A stretch of 64,000 bases of DNA from a virus, in IMG/VR virus record IMGVR_UViG_3300025141_000030. One strand, written 5' to 3'. Numbering within the stretch: the first letter of the stretch is position 1; every line of letters starts with the position of its first letter. Of this stretch, positions 7,030 through 16,567 are shown one piece after another. Position numbers and translations under genes: made by a program. Below the pieces are notes generated by a model. That model ran no database searches, was not told the DNA's origin, and saw only the letters and a program-made list of their open reading frames with translations.

Positions 7030-10000
7030 AGTCATAGAGGCCTCAGGGTCCAATGGTGCAATTCAGTTCGTTTCTGGCTCCGGTAATTTTGACGGAGATG
7101 CCCGCCTTGTATTTGACAGCACATCTGGCCTGCTGAAACTAACTGGGTCCCTTGAGTCCACACTTGGACTGAGCGGCTCCCTTACACAGCTCACCGACGG
7201 CACATCCTATCTCGTTGCTGGTGATAATATCACCATTGTGTCATCCTCTAACGGTGGAGTGACGCTTCACGCCGCCTCAAGCGGCGGCGGCGGGGCTGGA
7301 GATCCAAACGCATCTTTCGTGGTGATGTCCCTAACAGGATCACTTAATGCCGACAGGCAGCTGACAGCCGGCACTGGGTTAAACCTCAACGATGGGGGAG
7401 CCAAGGGTAACGTTACCTTTAGCGTAGATGACTCCACGGTTGCCACCATATCAGGCTCAACGTTTACGGGCGCCGTTGATTTTAATGCTGGCTTGAGCGG
7501 TTCACTTACACGACTTATTGGGGGTACCTCCTACCTGGTTGCCGGCAGTAACATCACCATCACCTCAGCATCCAATGGACAGGTCACCATCACGGGTCAA
7601 TCTGGTGACATAACAGACGTGACAGCCGGGACAGGCCTGACCGGTGGAGGATCATCAGGTGATGTCACCCTGGCTGCCGACGACTCCGTCGTCGCCACCC
7701 TGACAGGATCACAGTTCACCGGCCAGGTCGGCTTCCAGTCCAATGTGAGTACCAGCGGTTCTTTTATCGCCTCAGGTGACTCCACATTCTCAGGTCCGGT
7801 TTATCTGTCAGGCTCAGTTTCGGATTTCACTGCAACTGGTTCTGCCAAGTTCAATGCAGGTTTAAGCGGCTCCCTTACAAAGTTAGTGTCAGGACTGTCC
7901 TACCTGGTCGCTGGCTCGAACGTAACTATCACGTCGGCCTCCAACGGTCAGGTGACCATCGCCGGCACCGCCGGGGACATTACGTCAGTTACCGCAGGCA
8001 CAGGATTAACGGGTGGAGGATCGTCCGGGGATGTCACCCTAGGTGTTGATAATTCAGTTGTGGCCACCCTGACAGGATCCACTTTTACTGGGCCAGTGCA
8101 CCTATCAGGTTCAGTTTCTGATTTCGTTGCAACAGGTACTGTTCAGTTTAATGCGGGTCTTCGTGTTCCTGATAGTGCGGGTGATAATTTTTACACAGTC
8201 GCCGGCACATCATACAACATCGGATCAGATGTTACTGTTACTTTCCCCAACTTAACTGGTGATGATGAGCTCGTTACCCGAACTGCCACACAGGTCCTAA
8301 CCAATAAGACCCTGACCGCGCCTACTATTAATAATGCCCTCAACATAACAGCAGACGCAATTACAGGTTCGTATCTTCGAACGCTGGGTGACCTGAAGGT
8401 CGACGGTGATATGACGGTCTTTGGGACAGCATCGTTCGTTGACACTGAGCACATTCGTGTGGCTGATTCCTTAATCTTACTCAATTCTGGTGCAGTCGGT
8501 GCCAGGAGCGTCTCGGCCATTGCCTTCGCCTCCGGCTCAGCCACTGCCGACCAGGCATTCATCTTCGGTCCGGATGGTACTTCCACAGGTCCCCAACCAA
8601 CCTTCGCCTTCGCAAGGGTCGACGTTAAGGATGGTGCTCTCAACCCGGTCCTGGCATCCTTCAGCAACCTGGTCGATATTAAGGCAGCCGGCCTCAGCGG
8701 TTCCCTGACACGATTGTCAGACAACACATCCTACTTGGTCGCGGGAGACAACATAACAGTCACCTCGGCCTCCAATGGCCAGGTGACCATCGCAGGGACG
8801 GCTGGTGATATAACGGGAGTGGCGGCAGGTACTGGCTTAACAGGTGGGGGTACCTCCGGTGACGTCACACTGGCTGCCGACGACTCCGTCGTCGCCACCC
8901 TGACAGGATCACAGTTCACCGGCCAGGTCGGCTTCCAGTCTAACTTAAGTGTAACAGGTTCCGCACATTTTGCCGCCGGCTTGAGTGGCTCGTTAACACG
9001 GCTTATTGGTGGTGCCTCATACTTGGCCGCCGGCAGTAATGTCACTATCACATCAGCCTCTAACGGACAGGTGACCATCGCAGGAACGGCTGGTGACATT
9101 ACAGCTGTCACCGCTGGTACAGGCCTGTCCGGGGGCGGGACATCAGGTGACGTCGCTCTTGCGATAAGGGACTCCATAGTTGCTACCATATCAGGTTCCC
9201 AGTTCACCGGCCAGGTCGGGTTTCAGTCAAACCTCAGTGCATCTGGATCCTTAATAGCATCAGGAGACACGACGATTAACGGCCCAATATACCTGTCAGG
9301 CTCTGTCTCAGACTTTACTGCCACGGGTTCAGCTAGGTTCAATGCCGGACTAAGTGGCTCTTTGACACGATTGGTGGGTGGTGCTTCTTATATTGCCGCG
9401 GGTGACAACATAACGGTCACCTCAGCCTCTAATGGGCAAGTCATCATCTCTGGTCTTGCGGGTGATATTACATCGGTAACTGCTGGGACTGGACTGACAG
9501 GGGGCGGTGCCTCAGGCGATGTCACCCTTGCCGTTGATGACTCTGCAGTTGCCACCCTGACAGGATCACAGTTCACCGGCCAGGTTGGCTTCCAGTCCAA
9601 TCTTAGTGCATCTGGATCCTTAATCGCCTCGGGTGATACGACATTTAGCGGTCCAGTTTATCTGTCTGGATCAGTTTCGGACTTCACCGCTACTGGATCT
9701 GCTTCATTTAATGCTGGATTAAGCGGTTCACTCACACGACTCACTAGTGGTACCTCTTACTTGGCTGCTGGTTCTAATGTAACGATTACTTCTGCATCTA
9801 ACGGCCAGGTAACGATTGCCTCCTCCGGCGGAGGTGGAAGTATTTCGATATCGTCTGGCTCAACGACAGTGGGAACTGTTAGTAGTATAGACCTTTCACA
9901 GATGGGACTAGTTCAGAACCTAGGTGGGGGAAATGTTGCCGTTACCGGAGCAATAGGAAGCGCCGAGGACGGAACTTATACAGACGGCCTTTTTACTGAT

Positions 10001-13000
10001 TTTACTACGTCGACGCCTATAGGCACGGCTATTGATAAGTTTAATGAGGTCCTTAAGGCACTGTCACCGACGCCTGCTCCCGATTTAGATAATATTAACT
10101 CGACCGAAACTGGTGTGACTGCCAGCCTTTCGTTTGGCGCATCTTCCGCTGTGGGTGGGTATACATCTGTAGGCTCATCAGCAGGTGTGGAATCAGCCGT
10201 AGACATTAATGGAATGTACGCAGTTGTTACGGCAAGTAATAATATTCGTGCCGCAGTTTTTGCCAAGGACACTGCCATAACAGGCACATTAAATTCAGAT
10301 ATTGCTGCCAATAATTACACTAACGGTAACACTAATTACGCTACATCATCCTTTGGAAATGCTGAAATAGGCGTTTTACGATTGGATGTAAATGGAACAG
10401 TTCAAAAGGAGATTGATCTAACCGTTGGGTCAATAGGTGAGGGCGTTCCAGGATCTGGAATTGGTAGGTATGTCAATAGCAATGGTTCAGGTTTCATTGA
10501 TTTCTCTCAGTCTGGATCTGCGGTATTTGAGAATGGAAATACGCTGGTGGCGTTTAAGCACAGGACGGGCAAGTTTGTTGTCGATGATGATGATCAGCGA
10601 AATGGTTGGAACTATGTAAAGGTCCTACATGTTATGACGGGGAATACTATCACCACCAACTACGTGGAGTGGGTTAATGATTCCAACAGCGATGCTCTCG
10701 CTGCTTCCAATCAAAGGTGGGATGGCTTCGATCTAGAGAGGGGACTCTTTGTATCAGGAATTGAGTTTTATGTTAGTGGAAATGCTGACTATAAGGTCGA
10801 TGTCTCCAATGTGTATAAAAACGTCTATCAGTTTGATGCGAGTGCCTCTTACACGACTACTAATTGTACCATTGGTTCCAGCGCTATTCCAATAATTGAT
10901 TATGGGGCTGGCGAAAATAACACCAAGGTGCTGATGCTGACAGGATCGGCATCTATTTCTACGACATCCCTCTTTAATCAGGGGCTGACTTCGTCTGTAT
11001 CCGTGCCACATCCCTTGAAGGCTAACCTCACCAACGGAGGCCAGGCTGACACCGGGGGGATCCTGCTCTACTCCGCGTCCAACACATCCACCGATCAGTC
11101 CGAGACATTTACGCGCGAAAATTACAGGCTTGTCTCAGCATCATACGGCGCCCAGGCTGATGTAACTAACGTTGGTTCTGTGTGGGATTCCACTATACAC
11201 CTTTCAGGCGCCGCTGACCAGACTGACGGCCTTATTTTCTTCTATGGTGATTTGAAATCTCCTCTTAATAATACACTTTCTGGAGATTTTAGGTCTACAT
11301 CGGATGGTGGCAGCATCACTTACGCGCCGACATCAAACCCAAATTATAGCACTCTTACTGGGATAAGGACATTTTATAGGGCATTTAAAAATGAGACCGG
11401 AGGCGCTGTTCGTGATCTTTCCCTAGATATCGACGGCACAGGCACCATAACACAGCAATACGGATCTCTCGGCACTTCCGGACTAAGTGTGCTTATGAAG
11501 TTTCCGGATAATGGCACTTATGAGACTGGCTGGCTCGACGTCTCCCAGGCTTTTGCATTAGAGAGCTATTCTGACGGCGACGGATGCCTTGAGGGGTCGT
11601 TGGACAGCAGTCTAGACGCGACTAACATTGTGACATTCGGATCCCAGTCACTTGCCAATAATGAGTATGTCGTCTTAAAGATTGAAGCTAGTGCATCGTG
11701 GACTGGGAATGCTGATCAAATATCTGTCTCGTTTGGAGCTGGCACTGGTGCTGCGCCCTCTTCGGCCCCTGATCTCGATGACATTGACTCCAATAATACC
11801 GGAACCGCCTGTAAGCTTTCGTTTGGAACTTCGAAGGGTATTACGGGATACACAGACGTTGAGGCATCAGCAGGAATGGGAAGTGCTGTTAACGTAAACG
11901 GTGATTATACAGTCACTAATTCTGGTAATAATCTTAGGAGAGCGGCATTTGGCGGAGACTCGGCGATAGTTGATATAACTGGAGACTTAAATGAGGATGT
12001 AGGCTCAAGCACTCCAAGCTATTCTGCTAACGCTTTTGGCGACGCGCTCAATGGAACTCTTCGACTGGAAGTTAACGGGTCTGTTGTCCACACCACCACG
12101 TTGACATCTAGTTTTGGTTCTGGAGTGCCTGGTTCTGGAGGAGCCTCGGACTTAAATGCTAATGGCTCTGGATTTACTAACATTAGCGTTCCTACTGCAG
12201 GTGAGTACAGCGGAAATAGTGTCTCTGACTACACTAAGATATACCGCACAGGTCGATTTAAGGTGGATACAAATGACCAGAGGCAGGGATGGAACTATGT
12301 TCGTGTCCAACATGTTGCTCCTGGTGGTACCACTATTACGAACTATGCGGAGTGGGTTAACGATTCAAACACAAGTGCCCTGGCATCGTCTAATGAGATT
12401 TTGCATAACTTCTCGGGATCCAGTTTCTATTACCAGTCTGGTGTGAAATATTTTCAGACGTGCTCTTCTAGTTACATTGCACAGGTTGCGAATGTTTATA
12501 AGAATGTCTTCTCTAGGTCATCGACAGCTATCACTACGTCTACCAGCAACTTGACAGTTAATAGCATCTACGTGAGCGGCTCAGGTGTGGATGCAGGCAG
12601 CGTCAGTTCATCCTCTCGAGCGCTGCCTGATCTTCGCACATCTGCAGATTCCCAGGATGCTGACATATTCGTTACAGCATCGGTTACTTTTAGTCGGTCG
12701 TCGGCAGTCCCGGGCACGTATGGAACATCTAATTACACCGCTTCGGCCCAGTTGACTGCGAAACATCCGCTTAAGTCTAACGTGACATCGACTCAGAAGT
12801 CGACTAATAATTTCCTGGTTCATTCTGCCTCACTCACTTCTAACCTGTATACAAATGAATATTTTACGCGGGAGGATTATAGGATCCAGTCAGGCACTTA
12901 CCTGACCCAGGGCTCGATCGGATCAGGAGGCTGGGTGTCTTCCACTTCAATAGATGACGCAGGATCTCCCACATACCAGACCGGCCTATTGACATATAAT

Positions 13001-13519
13001 GGTTACTTGATTCCCCCTGATGAGGGCGGCTCCTCCGGTGACTTTAGAAATTTGGACGAGGGAGGCAGCCTCCAGTCACCTGTAGGTAACGTAAATTACA
13101 GCTCAGTGACTGTTAGCGTTCGGGATTATTATAGGATCTTTGAAAATAACACCACCAATGATGTGGGAAGTATTACTGTTACCTTGTACGGCGATGCTAC
13201 TATTGTGGGCCGACTTGGCACGAATGCTGGCACGCTCGGCGCTAATAAAAATGTTTATGTGGATGTTAAGATTCCTGGCGATTGTGGATTCCTCGACCTG
13301 GGACGCCCCACGGCCGGTTCAGGTAATGTATCGGATGGTGATGGGTGCTTGGTGGGTTCGCTAGATGGCACTGTCGTATCCGACGGAACGTCCAATACAG
13401 CATCATTTAATGGTGTCGCCCTCGCTGGAACGATATCAGGCGCTGAGCAGATGGTAATAAGAGTTAGCACTCATAAAAACTGGACGGGATACTTAACACG
13501 TATCACGATTGCGTATTAG
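7016..13519 (+). CDS. Giant Ser/Gly/Thr-rich repeat protein, probable virion fibre/structural protein (2167 aa)
   Basis: Repeated DITxVxAGTGLTGGGxSGDVTL, GLSGSLTRL and AGxNVTITSASNGQVTI modules, followed by a tandemly duplicated ~560-aa domain. No signal peptide. Confidence 0.7.
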   Translation: MTAIRVIEASGSNGAIQFVSGSGNFDGDARLVFDSTSGLLKLTGSLESTLGLSGSLTQLTDGTSYLVAGDNITIVSSSNGGVTLHAASSGGGGAGDPNASFVVMSLTGSLNADRQLTAGTGLNLNDGGAKGNVTFSVDDSTVATISGSTFTGAVDFNAGLSGSLTRLIGGTSYLVAGSNITITSASNGQVTITGQSGDITDVTAGTGLTGGGSSGDVTLAADDSVVATLTGSQFTGQVGFQSNVSTSGSFIASGDSTFSGPVYLSGSVSDFTATGSAKFNAGLSGSLTKLVSGLSYLVAGSNVTITSASNGQVTIAGTAGDITSVTAGTGLTGGGSSGDVTLGVDNSVVATLTGSTFTGPVHLSGSVSDFVATGTVQFNAGLRVPDSAGDNFYTVAGTSYNIGSDVTVTFPNLTGDDELVTRTATQVLTNKTLTAPTINNALNITADAITGSYLRTLGDLKVDGDMTVFGTASFVDTEHIRVADSLILLNSGAVGARSVSAIAFASGSATADQAFIFGPDGTSTGPQPTFAFARVDVKDGALNPVLASFSNLVDIKAAGLSGSLTRLSDNTSYLVAGDNITVTSASNGQVTIAGTAGDITGVAAGTGLTGGGTSGDVTLAADDSVVATLTGSQFTGQVGFQSNLSVTGSAHFAAGLSGSLTRLIGGASYLAAGSNVTITSASNGQVTIAGTAGDITAVTAGTGLSGGGTSGDVALAIRDSIVATISGSQFTGQVGFQSNLSASGSLIASGDTTINGPIYLSGSVSDFTATGSARFNAGLSGSLTRLVGGASYIAAGDNITVTSASNGQVIISGLAGDITSVTAGTGLTGGGASGDVTLAVDDSAVATLTGSQFTGQVGFQSNLSASGSLIASGDTTFSGPVYLSGSVSDFTATGSASFNAGLSGSLTRLTSGTSYLAAGSNVTITSASNGQVTIASSGGGGSISISSGSTTVGTVSSIDLSQMGLVQNLGGGNVAVTGAIGSAEDGTYTDGLFTDFTTSTPIGTAIDKFNEVLKALSPTPAPDLDNINSTETGVTASLSFGASSAVGGYTSVGSSAGVESAVDINGMYAVVTASNNIRAAVFAKDTAITGTLNSDIAANNYTNGNTNYATSSFGNAEIGVLRLDVNGTVQKEIDLTVGSIGEGVPGSGIGRYVNSNGSGFIDFSQSGSAVFENGNTLVAFKHRTGKFVVDDDDQRNGWNYVKVLHVMTGNTITTNYVEWVNDSNSDALAASNQRWDGFDLERGLFVSGIEFYVSGNADYKVDVSNVYKNVYQFDASASYTTTNCTIGSSAIPIIDYGAGENNTKVLMLTGSASISTTSLFNQGLTSSVSVPHPLKANLTNGGQADTGGILLYSASNTSTDQSETFTRENYRLVSASYGAQADVTNVGSVWDSTIHLSGAADQTDGLIFFYGDLKSPLNNTLSGDFRSTSDGGSITYAPTSNPNYSTLTGIRTFYRAFKNETGGAVRDLSLDIDGTGTITQQYGSLGTSGLSVLMKFPDNGTYETGWLDVSQAFALESYSDGDGCLEGSLDSSLDATNIVTFGSQSLANNEYVVLKIEASASWTGNADQISVSFGAGTGAAPSSAPDLDDIDSNNTGTACKLSFGTSKGITGYTDVEASAGMGSAVNVNGDYTVTNSGNNLRRAAFGGDSAIVDITGDLNEDVGSSTPSYSANAFGDALNGTLRLEVNGSVVHTTTLTSSFGSGVPGSGGASDLNANGSGFTNISVPTAGEYSGNSVSDYTKIYRTGRFKVDTNDQRQGWNYVRVQHVAPGGTTITNYAEWVNDSNTSALASSNEILHNFSGSSFYYQSGVKYFQTCSSSYIAQVANVYKNVFSRSSTAITTSTSNLTVNSIYVSGSGVDAGSVSSSSRALPDLRTSADSQDADIFVTASVTFSRSSAVPGTYGTSNYTASAQLTAKHPLKSNVTSTQKSTNNFLVHSASLTSNLYTNEYFTREDYRIQSGTYLTQGSIGSGGWVSSTSIDDAGSPTYQTGLLTYNGYLIPPDEGGSSGDFRNLDEGGSLQSPVGNVNYSSVTVSVRDYYRIFENNTTNDVGSITVTLYGDATIVGRLGTNAGTLGANKNVYVDVKIPGDCGFLDLGRPTAGSGNVSDGDGCLVGSLDGTVVSDGTSNTASFNGVALAGTISGAEQMVIRVSTHKNWTGYLTRITIAY
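7670..8940 (+). repeat. Exact 71-bp direct repeat (7670-7740 = 8870-8940) within the fibre-like gene
   Basis: CTGGCTGCCGACGACTCCGTCGTCGCCACCCTGACAGGATCACAGTTCACCGGCCAGGTCGGCTTCCAGTC occurs twice, 1200 bp apart. Diverged copies lie near 9190, 9550 and 14520. Confidence 0.9.
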
Positions 13520-13528
13520 GTGAATTAG

Positions 13529-16123
13529 ATGGCTGGAAAGACAGATAGAACACAGCTTCAGTTCCTCTTTAAGAAGGCGCTAGGTTTTGCCAACACGTCT
13601 AACTTGTTCACTGAGAACGAGGAGACAATTCCCTCCACGAATCAATTGTCCACGCAGACGATCTTTGGTGAGGACATTCCACGCGCTGTCAGTAGGACGC
13701 TTTACACTGTCCAGGACTCTACTGCTGAATACGTTATCCTAACGGCATCAGTCCTGGCAGGCACCACATATGATGCCAATGACACCGGCGGCGGGGGTGA
13801 TGGCTCACAGTCGCCAGGTCCACACGCGTACGCCTTCCAGCTAGCTGGCGACTATCAGGCCAGTTCTAGCAATGCGAAGGCTGGCACATTTCCATTTGTG
13901 GACAGTCAGTATCTCTACCAGACATCCGGAACACTTCAGTTAATTGGCCCATCATTTTCAGGTAACTCTCCCAACCCTTATTTGATGAAACTTTATGAGG
14001 ATGATGGTTCCGGAGGCATTGGCGATGAAATATCACTGACAGATGAGATCGACTGGTTGGTGGACTATTATAACGGTGTCCTATTTGTGCAGGATTATGA
14101 CAGCGGCCAGCTCCCGGCGTTTGCCAAGGCTTTCATTTATACTGGAAATATGCTCAGCGCCTCCATTGGTGGTGGCGGTTCTGGTGACATAACTGGTGTG
14201 ACCGCTGGCACCGGCCTGTCAGGTGGCGGGTCGTCAGGTAATGTTACACTTTCAATCAACGACTCGACAGTTGCTACGCTGAGCGGATCTATTTTTTCAG
14301 GGGTTGCAAAGTTTAATTCTGGACTTAGCGGGTCATTAACCCGTCTAGTTGACGGCACATCATTCCTCGAGGCCGGCAGTAACGTTACGATCACATCAGC
14401 TTCCAACGGGCAGATAACCATTGCATCCACAGGTGGAGGAGGCGGAGGTGACATAACTGGAGTGGCAGCCGGTACTGGTCTGACGGGAGGTGGGACATCA
14501 GGTGACGTCACTCTGGCCGCAGACGACTCCGTCGTCGCCACGCTGACCGGCTCTCAGTTTACTGGCCAGGTCGGATTCCAGTCAAATGTCAGTGCCAGCG
14601 GCTCCTTTATAGCTTCAGGTGATTCCACTCTTTTAGGTCCGGTTTACCTATCAGGCTCTGTCTCTGACTTTACAGCCACGGGTTCCGCCAAGTTCAATGC
14701 AGGTTTAAGTGGCTCCTTGACGAGATTAGCATCGGGACTGTCATTCCTTGAGGCCGGCACTAATGTGACTATTACCTCGGCTTCAAATGGATCAATAACT
14801 ATATCAGCAGCCGGCTCAGGTGGCGGATCATCCTCTGGAGTAGGATGGATTGGTCGAAGTTCAGGGCAGATAGACACTACTGGCTCTGTGGGAATAACCG
14901 GATCACTTCATGCGCTAGGAAGTAATATTTTCGGCTCATCACCGTCGAATTTTCATATCATTACGGGATCCGCCATACTGTCGGGAGCTCTCAGCATATC
15001 CGGAACACTGAGCATGTCAGGATCCATTATACCAGCCAGCGCATCGGCATTTGACCTGGGCAGCGCTACATATCCTTGGAAAGAGCTTTACCTGGCCGGA
15101 AATTCCCTTCATCTCGGAGGACAGACAGTCACGGCCGGTACTAACACTATATCTTATGGTGCTGGTGCAACTGAGAAGAAGTTTATTGTGGGCAATCTTG
15201 CCCTTTCTAGCTCTATTATTACTGGTGGCAATAATGCCGATCTGCGCCTCATAGGTCCCAGTTTTTTTGGGGGCACCGCCAATGTGCTTATTCAAACGAC
15301 TCGTGCACAAGTTTCAGGTGTCTTGGATGTCAAAAATGGAATATCAGGCTCTCTCACAAGACTGCCTACTGGCGCCTCATTTATCGAAGCAGGTGATAAT
15401 GTAACGGTGACCTCGGCCTCTAACGGAGCAATTACGATCGCCGCCGACGGAGGTGGCAGCGGTGATATAACAAACGCCAGTAATCTCGGGTCTGGAGAAG
15501 GCCTGTTTGCGCAGAAGACAAGCACAGTCTTGGACTTTAAGGGCCTGACAGTGGGATCTGGCCTCAATATATCCTCTAATACTACGACTGTCACCTTGAC
15601 AACTAACTTTGACAGTCTTGCCAGGCAGAAGGGGACATACGAGGTGACCCAGTCACATGCCGCTAATACTCCGTTAGTTGTAGGTGCTGATTTTAGTGCT
15701 GCGGCCTATAACCCTAACCTAATTGATGTTTTCTTGAATGGCCAGCTTCTTGCGTCCGGCACCCAGGTGCAAGTTAGCGCAGGCACAGCTGATTACACGC
15801 TTTATGCAACAGACAGCGTAAAATTTGGATTTGTCCTAGATCGTGACGACACGGTCAACTCTATTATTATTAATAACAGTGCAGCTGGCGGCGGCTCGAC
15901 TAGTCTAACACTTAATGAAACGCCTGCTGGCACCGTTAACGGGGTGAATGACACATTCACACTTGGTACGACCCCCTCACCTTCTTCGAGCCTTATGTTA
16001 TTTATAAACGGGCAATTAATTACGCAAAATGTCGACTATACTTTATCCACCGCCACAATAACATTTGTGGCCTCTGCCATCCCCATGAGTGGCGATGTGC
16101 TAGCGGCTACATACCAATATTAG
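13529..16123 (+). CDS. Ser/Gly/Thr-rich repeat protein, probable virion fibre/structural protein (864 aa)
   Basis: Carries the same AGTGLxGGG and LSGSLT modules as 7016, the DLGSATYPWKELY fibre-type motif, and C-terminal FLNGQL/FINGQL beta domains. Confidence 0.7.
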   Translation: MAGKTDRTQLQFLFKKALGFANTSNLFTENEETIPSTNQLSTQTIFGEDIPRAVSRTLYTVQDSTAEYVILTASVLAGTTYDANDTGGGGDGSQSPGPHAYAFQLAGDYQASSSNAKAGTFPFVDSQYLYQTSGTLQLIGPSFSGNSPNPYLMKLYEDDGSGGIGDEISLTDEIDWLVDYYNGVLFVQDYDSGQLPAFAKAFIYTGNMLSASIGGGGSGDITGVTAGTGLSGGGSSGNVTLSINDSTVATLSGSIFSGVAKFNSGLSGSLTRLVDGTSFLEAGSNVTITSASNGQITIASTGGGGGGDITGVAAGTGLTGGGTSGDVTLAADDSVVATLTGSQFTGQVGFQSNVSASGSFIASGDSTLLGPVYLSGSVSDFTATGSAKFNAGLSGSLTRLASGLSFLEAGTNVTITSASNGSITISAAGSGGGSSSGVGWIGRSSGQIDTTGSVGITGSLHALGSNIFGSSPSNFHIITGSAILSGALSISGTLSMSGSIIPASASAFDLGSATYPWKELYLAGNSLHLGGQTVTAGTNTISYGAGATEKKFIVGNLALSSSIITGGNNADLRLIGPSFFGGTANVLIQTTRAQVSGVLDVKNGISGSLTRLPTGASFIEAGDNVTVTSASNGAITIAADGGGSGDITNASNLGSGEGLFAQKTSTVLDFKGLTVGSGLNISSNTTTVTLTTNFDSLARQKGTYEVTQSHAANTPLVVGADFSAAAYNPNLIDVFLNGQLLASGTQVQVSAGTADYTLYATDSVKFGFVLDRDDTVNSIIINNSAAGGGSTSLTLNETPAGTVNGVNDTFTLGTTPSPSSSLMLFINGQLITQNVDYTLSTATITFVASAIPMSGDVLAATYQY

Positions 16124-16175
16124 AAGAAGAATTCTCTCTTTTTTAATATTTAACATTGGATATCGAGAGCATGAA

Positions 16176-16400
16176 ATGAACAACACATTTGAGACGTCTG
16201 ACCTAGCATTTGCAGCATTCCTGTGTATGCGGGGATTTCGCCTGACACAGGCAACGAGGGATCCCACTGGTCGCTTTAGGTTTGTTTTTGATGATCCCAC
16301 TGCGTCCGCCGCTGGAATGCAGGCAGTTTTTCTAGCTTCAGAGTTTCCAATTTTCGATAATTTTGTCAAAATACTGAAGAAACGAATATATACTAATTGA
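16176..16400 (+). CDS. DUF5659-like small protein
   Basis: FETSDLAFAAFL..GF.L....FVF pattern recalled for this family; preceded by ATATTTA (16146-16152). Confidence 0.55.
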   Translation: MNNTFETSDLAFAAFLCMRGFRLTQATRDPTGRFRFVFDDPTASAAGMQAVFLASEFPIFDNFVKILKKRIYTN

Positions 16401-16567
16401 TGGCCTTTGCTATCTCGACGTTGAAGTTTTTTTATTCGTTCCGTCCTAAGTTTTTTGTAAAAGTCTTGTTTCCTTGTTGCGGTTTATGTACGGCTGTTTG
16501 TCTATTGTAGTATTTAAGTTCTTAGTTTTGCCATTAACGCTTAATAAACCTATAGGAGGAATAAAAA

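Noticed and set aside
7670-9600. Diversity-generating retroelement template/variable repeat pair
   Set aside because: All copies are coding and differ mainly at synonymous positions rather than at adenines; no reverse transcriptase is present in the window.
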